Assembly: GCA_010405405.1 (NCBI GenBank)
Contig: MU004230.1
Location: forward strand, 1,708,627-1,772,626
DNA from: Microthyrium microscopicum
Lineage: Eukaryota
Reading direction: 5' to 3'
DNA: 64,000 nucleotides
This document shows, piece by piece, positions 12,711-24,253 of this stretch. Under the pieces are notes generated by a model that saw nothing but the letters and a program-made list of their open reading frames with translations, was not told where the DNA came from and searched no databases. Each line of letters starts with the position of its first letter. The stretch's first letter is position 1. The translations under genes and the position numbers were made by a program.

Positions 12711-14264
12711 ATGCCACCATCACCAACATCTTCCAAGCTATACTTTCTAGAGCTTCCAAATGGCTGGCGTATTCCTCTTACCACTATCTCGGTAGACTCG
12801 CGTTGCACAGTCTTTTCTGCCGATGAAACTTATGGCATGAAACTCAATGTTGATCATGGTAATCCACATGGCCCATCTGATCCACCTACTCCTCCAAAAA
12901 CCTTTCTCGCCCCTGATGCTCTTGTCAGAGCTCAGGCTAGCAGCGCAGACGCTCTTCAGTCAGTGTTCAGCGCTAGCCCACCTGGCGAAAAGAATCTGCT
13001 CAAGCAATTCGACTTATCTCCAAAGAGACCTACCTTCCACTGGCCAAGCAATCCAATACCGGAACCCACCAAACCTACTGCTAGTGCACCCTTCCAATTG
13101 CCACGAGCTCGTGAGGATTCTGACTGCCCAACGTTCGACGATGCCTCGCTTCCCAACTTCAGCTCAAGAGTTGCACGACCAAAAGGCACGGACGGTGACT
13201 CTATGCGTCAAGCCTTGGATGGGTTTGCCAGAGGAACAGATCGTCTTCCTGGCGCACGCAGCGTTGGCTTCTCATCCACGCTTCCACCTTCTGGAGTTCT
13301 TCCCAACCCAAAGTCCAAAGTCTGGTGCACTCACTATCTCCGTCATGGCGAATGTGATTATATCCAGCAAGGATGCATCTACAAACACGACATGCCTGAG
13401 CTCGCCGTCCTGAAAGACATCACTGGACTGAAAACCTACCCACAATGGTGGCAGGAAAAGCAAGCCAAGGAGAGACGAGTCCGCCCAATGGGACTTGATC
13501 GTGGCATGCCAACGAACTCTCTACATGACTCCGTTTCTGAGCGCCCCTTGGTGAGAAGAGGCAGCTCCGAAGGCCATCAAACCACTGATGGTAGTGCCAA
13601 AGCAGCAGAGGGACCACGGATCTCAAAGAGTCGTCCTCGCGTCCTGCCTCCTCGACCAATGACCCCAGTACAAATTGATCCCCCCTCACCAGTTCTTGCA
13701 ACATCAAAGACAGCATCTGCCACTCCAAACACGATCAAGATCGAAGGGCGTCAGGAAGCCAAGACCGAACTTCCACGCAACCCTATCGAAGACCGCCACG
13801 ATCCCAAACCAACCTCCAAGACCACCCCCTTCAACTTCTGGTCCAAACCCTTCGGCACCACTCCAGCTCCCCACGTCCACATCATGGCCAACTCACCCCA
13901 TGTCCTCTTCGACCAGGCAGAGTCCGCCTCCACCTTCGCCCTCGCAGAAATAGCCGCCGCCCGCCGCGACAACAACCTTCCCGCCCGCCCACCAAAACCC
14001 GACCCTATTCCATCCTCCCGCGGCCTCGGATCCTCCAAGTTCGCAGAACAGCCCTGTCTACTCAGCGATCAGATTGCCGCGACTCCCTGTCCATCGCCAG
14101 AGAACAGTGATCGTGGAGATCGCATGGGTCGCCAGAGTGACGCACGCAAGAAGAAGACTGTGCATCTAGTGCGCGCCTCAGGCATGGGCGGCAGCAGTGC
14201 GGGCGTACGTCGGTACAATGGCGGCGACAAGAGCCAGCCATTGATTGATACGCGCAGCAAATGA
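12711..14264 (+). CDS. CCCH zinc-finger, low-complexity protein
   Basis: WCTHYLRHGECDYIQQGCIYKH (C-x8-C-x6-C-x3-H); first ATG at 12711. Confidence 0.7.
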   Translation: MPPSPTSSKLYFLELPNGWRIPLTTISVDSRCTVFSADETYGMKLNVDHGNPHGPSDPPTPPKTFLAPDALVRAQASSADALQSVFSASPPGEKNLLKQFDLSPKRPTFHWPSNPIPEPTKPTASAPFQLPRAREDSDCPTFDDASLPNFSSRVARPKGTDGDSMRQALDGFARGTDRLPGARSVGFSSTLPPSGVLPNPKSKVWCTHYLRHGECDYIQQGCIYKHDMPELAVLKDITGLKTYPQWWQEKQAKERRVRPMGLDRGMPTNSLHDSVSERPLVRRGSSEGHQTTDGSAKAAEGPRISKSRPRVLPPRPMTPVQIDPPSPVLATSKTASATPNTIKIEGRQEAKTELPRNPIEDRHDPKPTSKTTPFNFWSKPFGTTPAPHVHIMANSPHVLFDQAESASTFALAEIAAARRDNNLPARPPKPDPIPSSRGLGSSKFAEQPCLLSDQIAATPCPSPENSDRGDRMGRQSDARKKKTVHLVRASGMGGSSAGVRRYNGGDKSQPLIDTRSK

Positions 14265-15757
14265 GATGGCGGGTGTGAAGGAGGGGGCTTGTGGGTACGA
14301 AAGGTGATGGTTGCGAAGGCTGGATGACGTTGGGGGCTGATGAATATGGACTGAATTGGGTGCAATATATACCATCAGGGCTTTGCTGCTAGCCTAGATT
14401 GGGGAACTGTTGTTGGTGCTTACTGAATGTAGGAAAGCACATGTTTTGGGGCATGTTTTTGCGTTAAAATGATGAGGCTAGCTGTCCTACGGTAGATCAA
14501 TACATTGTACTTTTTAAAACTTTTCATAAATGTTGTTGGTGTCTGCCACTGATATTTTGCTACTCCTTCTTCTTACTGGTGTGCTTGCCCTCAAGGAATG
14601 TATTCATTTGGTCTGTATGGAAGCGGAAAGCCCATTGTAATTCTAGAATACGAGGCACTTGTTACATTCATAGAGATGATACTAAGCAAGTGATGCCTGT
14701 CGCGGGTAGTCCACGCCTATCAACGACCCCCAAAATCCACTGACAGATGCCATTTGCTTTCTATTTAGAGAAGAGGGGAGCTTTAATGCACTGATAATCT
14801 GTGGAAATGAAGGTAGCGAATCGGGACAACCTATTCAATGCGGCGAAAATTGAGGCAATATAAAAAAGCTTAGTTCCTGCAAAGAACTTTGTACATAGCA
14901 ACGTGGGTTTTCACCAATCGTAAGTCCAGTTGGTCTCCCCAGAACGTTCGGCCAGGCACCCGGCGGTGGGCTTCTAAGTTCTTAATATAAGTACCAAAAC
15001 AATCCGTGCAAATACCCTTGTCTATGGGGAAGCTTGATCACTATATGACAACTACCCAGATCCGGAACATAAACTGAACTTCAGAGTAGTCAATGGAGAA
15101 CAAGAGCTTTTTCAATCACTCTTGTCAAGAAGAGATCTCGAATTTTGTTTTTGAGTCTAAGAGCAGATCATCCATAACATATCTTACTGATCAATACCAC
15201 TATCTCTACCGCTATCTATAAACATAAAACCCTTGACTATGACCAGCCAGTCCATATCAATAGCCAGTGACAGCTGACGCCCGATCCACAGCCCGACCGC
15301 TGGACGAGCTTCGGCATTCCCTGTCTTCGTAATGCTCAAGCTTTTTCGCTGCTGAGAGAAGATCATAACATATTGTGCTATACACGAGCTCTATGGGACT
15401 TTACCCCTGAATGGCCGCAGCTGACTTGTATCTCATATAGGGTTATCTGCAAAACCGGCCCGTTGTATCTGATCACAGAGTTCAAACCCTCGTAACGATC
15501 GACGCATTGGATCGCGGTACCTATCGAAATATAGGTCCAATCTCTGGGGTCAGCATACAGTGTTCACGATGACATGAACCAAGCCGTTGCGCTAGCACTA
15601 AATTAACTGCAGGATCAGTATGCTCGTTAAACAGACATAAAAGTATTATAGGTAGTCCTATCGTCCCCGTTCCTGGCCTTGGCTCTTCATCGCTGTTTGT
15701 TTGAAGTCTCCTGCTCACCTATCTCCCCACGCTCGTTTTTGCAACAATTTGCCCAAG

Positions 15758-16582
15758 ATGTGGACTACTACTCAAGTCCTCATAGCTTCCATCACCTTCA
15801 TTGGCCTCTCGGAACAACAAGGTCTACGACCACCGTGGGCTCAGTCACAAAAACCACCAGCTTGGGCTCAATCAAACGCACCGCCGGCCTGGGCTCAATC
15901 ACAAGCAAACCAACCACCATCTTGGGTATCAACACAAAGACCGCCCACATGGACGCAGACCCAAGCGCCAGCAGCCTGGCCAACCACGACACCACTCGCT
16001 GCAACATGGCAGCCGCGCACAACACCGGGCTTCGTATCAAGCTCATCTGCATGGCCACCGCGCTATCAATCCACTCAATCCGTCCTTCCGCCCCGCTCAA
16101 GTGCCCTCCCACCACCGCGACCTCTCGTTCCCAGCGCGCCGCGTCCAGCTTCAACATACTCACCCCGTCCAGCCGCTCCCGCTGCAACAGCAGCGCCTCG
16201 TCCAGCTGGTGAGACACCCGGCTGGGGAACGAACCTGCAAAACGGCCTCGGAAACCTGCTAGGAGCCCAAAGACCGCTCTCGATCCGCATGTGTCCCAAG
16301 GAAGTGCGCTGCACAGGCCTGTCGACGACTTGTGTGCCGCATCCATACCGAACTGATCGATTTATGTGCGTCAAGGTGGATGATGAGTGTGGAACGATTA
16401 TGAATCCGAAATGTCCAAGTGGGCAGACGTGTTTGGCGGATCCGAGAGATACTGATAGCTGGTAAGTTCATTTTCCACTCAAGTATTTAGGGCGATGCTA
16501 ATTGTTGTGCAGTAAGAATGGATGGTGTACTAGTTCGGCCGCGACTGGTGGTGGAATCTGCGTTACGCCGCCTAAGGATTGA
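15758..16582 (+). CDS. Secreted Pro/Trp-repeat protein with Cys-rich C-terminal domain; intron 16462-16512
   Basis: Hydrophobic N-terminus MWTTTQVLIASITFIGLS; PPxW repeats; spliced C-terminus CGTIMNPKCPSGQTCLADPRDTDSCKNGWC...GGGICV. Confidence 0.7.
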
Positions 16583-18048
16583 GTGGTGATGGCTGGAGGG
16601 TGTGGTAATTGAGATGATGGGACTGGCCACGATTTGTATATTCGATAGCGAATGTGTATGTGTATATGAGTAAGAAGAATGTATACTCAAAGTAAGCGGA
16701 AAATTGATGTGCTCTCATGGAATGGTGGTGATGACTCGAGTCAGAAAGCACGATGTTTCTACTCCCATCGTCCTCGACTATTTTGTGATATTGTTTGGTA
16801 TGTCGATTTTACCTACGTGTTAGATTGTCGGTTGTCTCACCCAGCGGTTGCCGATGTAAGTAAAATTGAACAAGTTGCCCCGTACGAGGGTCTTATCTGC
16901 GTCAAGGAGTATACCCGCCTGCGATATCTGACTCTCTTTGTATAGTCGATTGAGTGATCAGGTGTCAGCAAACGTACTCGCAAGCTCCCCTTACATAGAT
17001 ATATGCTAGGTTACACATTACGTGCAAGTCTCCTGGGTTGCTGTAGCTGGAGTTCACCATCACGTATAAGCTGACAGTCCGACTACCGTACCAAAGTCTG
17101 CTGTTACCTTGCAATGAATTTCGCAATGCAGGTAAAGAACAATCTTATCTTCTCTTCCTCACGAAGTCAAAAAAGCCGATTGTATACATTCATATTTCCT
17201 GGGTCAATAATCGATTTCTATTCGGTCTGGTGCTGATCAGCATGAAATGGGCGCATGCCGTGGAGTATTTTCAAATTCGCCAGAAATAGCTCAGTACGAG
17301 TAGGATAGTATCAGACTAGAAATTGTATATTCTACACGTAGGATGGCTGGGAAGAAAAAGGATTGATCCGTTGGAGCTGGAGTTGAGGCTCCCAAATAGC
17401 AGGAATGGGTGATCGACGCTAGGCGCCTTATTAAGCAGAAGATCACTAGGTCCAAGCTTCACTAGCGCAGGATTTCAGCCAATGAAATGATCGTAAGAAC
17501 AAGACACGCAGCTTCGGACTTGGTTGGTGGCACCAGACGAATGGAGAAGGCGCAACCATGGAACTACTCCTTCAAACTTTCCGCTACAGGCAGTTACGTT
17601 GGTGCAACACTACCAAGTAAACACTTGTCACTCAACCACAACTCACTCCTCTCCGCCTCTACGCTTTTACAACCACCAAGCCATTGCCATCTACTGCAAC
17701 ATCTATTCTTCAACTTATTTCTCCCTGTTCAGCCAGCTGCCTGGCTTTGTTCTCGACTTGCGCCAAGCAGAAACTCGTACTACCTTCCACCTCCTTTGAA
17801 CCTCCCTCATCCCCCTTTATACCCGCTGAGTTCCAACAAGTCCTGACAAAGACATCGGCATCAACCATCCGCCTGTTGAACCCCAAATACGGACACATGG
17901 ACTGTTGCCCATCATAAGCCCTCGCGCCGCTCATCTATTGCGGCCCGTTTCCGGGTGCTAGCTGGGCTTCCTCTAGCCTTGAGAACTCCACACACGCCCA
18001 TACCTACAGAAACACCTTTTGCTTGCTGAAAGGTCATATCATCTCGTC

Positions 18049-20658
18049 ATGCGAGTTCCTACAATACTGCTGGCCCTCTTTGGTCTAGCATCCGCGACAT
18101 CGCATATATCAGAACGCTCGAACCGCGATTACACCACTCACGACTACTATGCCCTTCACCTCGACCCTTCCTCCTCCCCTCACGAGGTCGCACTCCATCT
18201 CGGACTCGATTACGATGGACAGCTCGACTTTCTCGATGACCATCACATGTTCAAAGCTGCCAAACATCCCAATGATGTGGTCGAAGAATCAATACAAGCC
18301 CTAAAGCATCGAAGAAAAGTCAAGAGAGATCTCAGTCCTTCGCCCTTGGACAGTATTAAATTCAATCAGAAACAAGTTCAGCGGAAACGTCTATTCAAAC
18401 GAGGAATCATTCCTCGACCGCTGGCAGGCTTACATGATAGGGACGCTGTAGTACTGCCAGAAACAACCAATTCTCTTCTGGAGAGAGCAGACGTCATCAA
18501 GCAACTCGGCATAACTGACCCAATTTTCAGCGCTCAGTGGCATCTATTCAACACCAAAGAAGTGGGAAACGATATGAACGTAACCGGTGTTTGGCTCCAA
18601 GGAATTACAGGAAAGGGTGCCACCGTTTGCATAGTAGACGACGGCCTCGACATGGATAGCCTGGACTTGAAACCAAATTACTTCGCAAAAGGCTCCTACG
18701 ACTTCAATGATGGACAAGATGAACCGAAGCCAAAGCTTGATGATGATCAACATGGCACCCGATGCGCGGGAGAGGTGGCTGCCGCCAAAAACGATGTATG
18801 TGGCGTTGGAGTAGCCTACGATGCCCGTATATCAGGGGTGCGGATACTATCGGCTCCCATAAGTGACGTTGACGAAGCAGCTAGCATAGTATACGGCTTC
18901 CAAGAAAACGACATTTACTCCTGCTCTTGGGGTCCGCCCGATGATGGTCGCACTATGGATGCACCAGGATTACTGATAAAGAAAGCTATCCTGAAAGCCG
19001 TTCAAGAGGGTCGTGGAGGCAAGGGTACCATCTATGTTTTTGCTGCTGGAAACGGCGCCGCTGCTGGGGACAACTGCAACTTTGATGGGTATACGAATTC
19101 CATTTATAGCGTTACTATCGGCGCAATTGACAAGACGGATGCCCATCCATACTACTCGGAGAAGTGTTCCGCGCAGCTTGCTGTTACCTACAGCAGTGGC
19201 GCTGGAGAAGCCATTCACACAACGGACATCGGGACCAACAAGTGTACCAACATACACGGAGGTACATCTGCTGCAGGACCGCTTGTTTCCGGAGTGTTTG
19301 CCCTTGTCCTCTCGGTCCGACCAGATTTGTCGTGGAGAGACATACAGTGGCTCACTGCGCTAACTTCAGTCCCATTCTACAAACAAGAAAAAGAGTCAGA
19401 GTGGCAGACGACCGCAACTGGCAGAAAGTTCAGTCATCAATATGGCTACGGCAAAGTCGATGCATGGCAAATAGTAGAGCTGGCAAAGACCTGGAAGAAT
19501 GTCAAGAAACAGGCTTGGTACTTTTCACCATGGATTCACGTCCGAACGGCAATTCCTGAAGGCAGCAACGGATTGTCAAGTACATTCGAAATAACGCCAG
19601 ACATGCTGAGGGTTGCCAATTTGGAACGCGTCGAGCATGTTACCGTTACAATGAACGTTGCTCACACCCGTCGAGGAGACATCAGCGTTGAATTACATAG
19701 CCCGACAGGAATAATCAGTCACTTGTCCGAGACGCGGCGATTCGACGAGGCCCCTATAGGCTATATTGACTGGACCTTCATGACTGTTGCTCACTTTGGT
19801 GAAACAGGCATTGGCAAATGGACCATCATCGTCAAAGACTCGATCGAGAACAAGAACAAGGGAACCTTTACCGATTGGCGAATCAAACTTTGGGGAGAAT
19901 CGATCGATCCAGCAGTTCAGGGAATGCTTCCGATGCCCACAGAGAATGAGGACAAAGATCATGACGTGGACGTGACAACCGGGGTGATAGGTACCACATC
20001 TGTGCAGCCCAAACCCACCTCCAATATTATTGTTACAACAGGCCTCCCCACCCGCCCCTCTATTGTAAAGCCTACAGACTCACCTAACGCCTCTAGCACC
20101 GATTCGTCCACAGGTTCCCCTACTTCCGTGGCTCAAACCCCTCCCTCAGAATCCCAGGGAGAGTCCGCTGGAGAAACAAACGGCAAGCTGGACGAGGCTG
20201 TTCCCTCGCCAAGTCCCACTGGGTCCTCTTTTCTTCCCTCGGTTTTTCCCACCTTCGGTCTCAGCAAGCGAACTCAAATCTGGATCTATGGCGCCCTCGC
20301 GCTTATACTCATCTTCGTCGCCTCGCTTGGTGCCTACTTTTTCGTTCAGCGTCGCCGTCGTTTGCGCAACAATCCTCGTGACAATTACGAGTTTGCCATG
20401 CTAGACGACCAGGAGGAAACGGACGGCATGCTTGCTTCAACTACACGCCGTGGACGCCGTAGACGGGCTGGAGAGTTGTATGATGCTTTTGCGGGCGAGT
20501 CGGATGAGGACTTGTTCTCAGACGATGATGCTGAGTATCGAGATGAGAGCCGGGAGCATTTGCCCGGTACTGGGTTTGCGGGCAAGGGCCGGCCAGTCAA
20601 TGAGAAGGATGATGGGGCTCAGAGTGATGATGATGAAAAGGGTGGGTTGGTGAGGTAA
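18049..20658 (+). CDS. KEX2: Kexin (Kex2) subtilisin-like proprotein convertase
   Basis: Signal peptide, prodomain with KR sites, DDG / HGTRCAG / GGTSAA catalytic motifs, P-domain, S/T-rich linker, TM helix, acidic tail. Confidence 0.95.
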   Translation: MRVPTILLALFGLASATSHISERSNRDYTTHDYYALHLDPSSSPHEVALHLGLDYDGQLDFLDDHHMFKAAKHPNDVVEESIQALKHRRKVKRDLSPSPLDSIKFNQKQVQRKRLFKRGIIPRPLAGLHDRDAVVLPETTNSLLERADVIKQLGITDPIFSAQWHLFNTKEVGNDMNVTGVWLQGITGKGATVCIVDDGLDMDSLDLKPNYFAKGSYDFNDGQDEPKPKLDDDQHGTRCAGEVAAAKNDVCGVGVAYDARISGVRILSAPISDVDEAASIVYGFQENDIYSCSWGPPDDGRTMDAPGLLIKKAILKAVQEGRGGKGTIYVFAAGNGAAAGDNCNFDGYTNSIYSVTIGAIDKTDAHPYYSEKCSAQLAVTYSSGAGEAIHTTDIGTNKCTNIHGGTSAAGPLVSGVFALVLSVRPDLSWRDIQWLTALTSVPFYKQEKESEWQTTATGRKFSHQYGYGKVDAWQIVELAKTWKNVKKQAWYFSPWIHVRTAIPEGSNGLSSTFEITPDMLRVANLERVEHVTVTMNVAHTRRGDISVELHSPTGIISHLSETRRFDEAPIGYIDWTFMTVAHFGETGIGKWTIIVKDSIENKNKGTFTDWRIKLWGESIDPAVQGMLPMPTENEDKDHDVDVTTGVIGTTSVQPKPTSNIIVTTGLPTRPSIVKPTDSPNASSTDSSTGSPTSVAQTPPSESQGESAGETNGKLDEAVPSPSPTGSSFLPSVFPTFGLSKRTQIWIYGALALILIFVASLGAYFFVQRRRRLRNNPRDNYEFAMLDDQEETDGMLASTTRRGRRRRAGELYDAFAGESDEDLFSDDDAEYRDESREHLPGTGFAGKGRPVNEKDDGAQSDDDEKGGLVR

Positions 20659-20848
20659 TACCTATTACTCCTACGATTCCTATTTCGACATTGCCTGGGC
20701 ATGCATTTCAGCCTGGTCTTAGAATAGCATTTTGTTGGGCGTCGGGGCACTTTTGCATTGGGTTATTACTACTACCGCTCGAAACGAGCGAAATTTGACC
20801 TATTCTTGTTCCTACTTCGCTGCTAGTGCATTGTTCCGTGATTATGAT

Positions 20849-22438
20849 TTATCTCATTACTAGTGTCTGCCTTTCTGGCTCGCTAATGGCACAGTCTAAG
20901 GAAGTGAAGCGCTCCAGCAGGCCAACCTGCCAATCTTGATATGTCTGCGATGCGGTCGGCAGTACAGCTCTACTTGATAGTAGAGTGCCGAGTATCCGTG
21001 AGTATATATTCGCTGGGAGCAGTACGTGCTCAACATTGAGTTGATTCTCCTTGAGCACTTTCTCAGGCTCGTCGATAGACTTCCAGAATACCTTCATCGC
21101 TCGTGTTGGATCTTGTCTCTTTTCTTGATCAAATGAACTCGAATATGCGAGATCGTTTGTGAATACCCAGAGCTACACAGCGTTAGAAACAAATCCACAC
21201 CTATCAAATCCAGCTATGACTTACCAGCGCCGCCTTCCCCGTTCCATCTGCCTTGCGGATATCCTCCTGTATTAAGAACCTTCTCGTCCCTTCGGCATCA
21301 ATCGCAGACAGCAACTGGGCACTAAACCACTTGACAGTCGCATATCCCTTCGTCTTCGCACCCTTCGTTACTTTCAGACTCCACTTTGACAACTTCAGCG
21401 CATCCGTCGACCGATCTTCAACACCCACCACGTGCTCACATTTAGCACATTGCACGTTCATGGGCAGATTGTCAGAAACGCTTGTTGATTTCTATATAGA
21501 ATGTCTCGTCAGTATATATATCTGACGGATGAAAACAAACATGAATCCAAAAATGTGTTCTGTCCTATTCCGCCGACCCACTGCTCAAAAGCCCGCAGCC
21601 AGAGGACAGACGGTAACCACATCAGCAACCTTCCGCAAGCAACCACAACACTAGGTATCGGGTACATCTTGCGTGGGCAGGTGAGGGAGACCGTGTTGTT
21701 CTTGGGCAGGTGTATCGGACGTCCACGCCATGGATTGGGTGTGGTCTCCTTCTATACTGCCCGAATATTCCCCCTATATAACCCAAAGTCCCTCAGCTCA
21801 AACAGAGCATATATTCACGTTCATTTCATGCATAACAAGGAGTGCTAGCTTACCTGTATCGCACCACTACAATCACCCCCATTAACCAACACATATCCCA
21901 AACTCACAAAACCCACGCCTTCAGCCACAGTGAAACGCTGGCCAGCTGCATATGCACGCCGTTCAGCGGAGCCATCACCGTCGCCGTCGGGGGGTTTGTG
22001 GCAGTGCCAGAGGTCCATCATCTCTGCCCATTGCTCGCTTGGTAGATCACGCCATTGTAGTTCGTGCACCAGCAGATTTTCGCAGGCGCTGCAGTGGAGT
22101 GTTGTGCCGGTTAGCGCATTGCTGTCCCAGGGGACTGCGTTGCCCTCGTCGTTAGAGTCTAAACGCGTCTGGTCTTGTAGCTGGAGACGGTAAGATAGGC
22201 TTTTTTGAGGGGTAGTTGGGAGTGCAAGCTTGGTGGATGAGGAGCCGGGGAGACCGCTGGGCAGGCGGATGGAGCTAGTGTGATGGTCGTGTGTGATGGT
22301 TAGGGAGGAGGGGTTTGTGGAGAGAGTAGCGGTGGTGGAGCGGTTAGAGGGGGTGGAAAGGGTGATGAGGAGAGATAGGGCGCGGAGGTTTGTGAGTAGT
22401 TCGGCGTATATTTGGATGGGCGGTGGGGACGGCGACAT
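20849..22438 (-). CDS. Ubiquitin-conjugating enzyme E2-binding protein (HECT_2; UBE3D/Ipa1-like); long intron 21492-21853
   Basis: IYAELLTNLR start, CSAC, WRDLPSEQWAEMMDLWHCHKP, CAKC, LPTASQTYQDWQVGLL motifs. Confidence 0.85.
21551..21766 (-). ncRNA. Intronic box H/ACA snoRNA/scaRNA candidate, snR81-like (predicted guide for U2 Psi42)
   Basis: 5' hairpin GGGCAG/CUGCCC with pocket strands AGAA and GAUAC complementary to U2 GUAUC-(U)G-UUCU; H box AGAACA (21697-21702) 14 nt after the pocket; 3' hairpin UCUGUCCU/AGGACAGA followed by ACA-UUU. Confidence 0.7.
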
Positions 22439-22759
22439 TTATGGGAGATCGGATCATGAGATGATGTTGAAGGTTTTGAGAAGTTGATGGAGAGAGGTTG
22501 ACATCGATGTACCGGGAGAAGCGCGTCGACACGTGATATGGCGTCTGGCAACAATTTTCTGGATGAACAGAATATCTCGCAAATAAAAGGCATGACCGTG
22601 ACGAATATAGGTTGGCTGTACGCGAAATGTTGAGATGCTCACTGGTCTAGAATGGACAATTAGAACATGAAACTGTTTCTATACCGCTAATTGTTTTACA
22701 AGACAGGCCATGGGACGACACGCTTGACAATGAAATCGAACTTCTGCAGATCTCAAAGA

Positions 22760-23824
22760 TTATGCAGTATCCATCTTGTCATCGTCATCCTTCTTCTTAT
22801 CTGCTGTCTTGGATCCACCTGCTTCCTCTGAATCCTTTTCCTCCGACAGTAACGGTGTCTTTTCATCGCCCTCTGGAATAGCTCCAAGTTTCTCCTTGTC
22901 TTCCTTCTCTTGTGCCTTCTTCTCCTTCTCTTGCCGCGCCTTTTCTTCTTCGTAACTCATACGCAGGGCCAATGCAAGTTCTGGATCAACCTCAGGATTG
23001 ACACCAAACTCGAAACCATTGCCCCCATCGCCCATGGATGTATCTCCACCGGAACCACCAGCTCCGGTATTACCGCCAATACCTTCATTCGCCAACAGGG
23101 GTGTGGAAAGAAGTTGGTCGCTGAGGAGGTTTGGGCTAGGAGGGATTATTCCGAGATATGAGCCTTCGGCATTCTTGACCGCCTCGTTGAATGCCGTGAG
23201 CTTTTGCTGGTCTTCTTCATCAGGTTGACCAAATGAGATGATGTCTATGGAGATATTGTTCTTCTTCATGCGCTTGGCGAGCTTGACTAGAGACTTTTCG
23301 TCTTCGGAGATGGGGGAACACGAGAAGACGATGATTCGCTGACGTTGAGATTTGTTTCCGCGATGTTTTAGAGCAAGCTAGAAACCAAAATGAGTATATT
23401 GAAGCAATGAAGTCGACTCAGGGAGCCTTACCGCAGCAATGTTAATGCCGGTGCTGAAATGCGCTTTGCCCTTTATCTTGGTTCGGTGCATGCCGTCTAA
23501 GATCTTGCCCATGTCTGTTGTGAGAGTTGTAAGAACCTCTGGGCCGTGGCCTCCCATGCTCATGAGGCCGACCGATGATTCGGGATTGGCGTTGGTCTTT
23601 GCGTTGTAGATGAGGTTTACGGCATCAGCTTGAGCGCCAAATCGAGTGGGTCTGTTCCGGTTAGGATTATTCGAAGTATTGAGAGACAGCTCAACATACG
23701 CATAGTCGCCATTTCTGCTGCTCTCACTATTGTCGACCCTGATCGATTGTTAGTGTTTGAAGTGACTTGAATGGCAAATAGCAAGGCGGGCGGCTTACAC
23801 TATCATAGTGGCCTCTAGAACCAT
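22760..23824 (-). CDS. RPN10: 26S proteasome regulatory subunit Rpn10, multi-exon
   Basis: MVLEATMIV, DNSESSRNGDY, vWA domain, UIM DPELALALRMSYEEE. Confidence 0.95.
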
Positions 23825-24253
23825 TATGGCGGTTGTGCTGGGATGTCAGAGTGTGGTTGTAGTGAGATTGTGAGACGGAGAATTGTAAGGAGGGTCTTAT
23901 TAATGGGTGAGGAAGTGAATTTGTGGATATGGTGATGGTGTTGAGAAGTAATCGCAGTACTGAGTAGACGAAGCAGCGGGCGCCTGAACCACAAAACCAG
24001 AGTTGAGGAAGGAGCTTGGACCCACCGCTAGCCTTATTGGTTCCTGCCCGCCAAGCCTCCCAGCTTAACCTTAGTTGACCTGTTGACCTTTAACCTCCAA
24101 TGTTTTGTTGTTAACGCTTTCCATCTCAACCATCTTCACCACGCTTGTCATCACCCAGCAATTCCCACTCAGCGTCAATTCAAGCTTGCATACCATCAAA
24201 ATCACTCCAGTATACTCCATCAGCCATACAAAACTCAAATTCTCTAAATCACA

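Noticed and set aside
15410..15500. B-box-like GTTCAAACC suggesting a tRNA
   Set aside because: No acceptor stem or cloverleaf could be built
17487..17934. Overlapping short ORFs upstream of KEX2
   Set aside because: Low-complexity leader-like sequence with no domain; at most a 6-codon uORF with no supporting evidence
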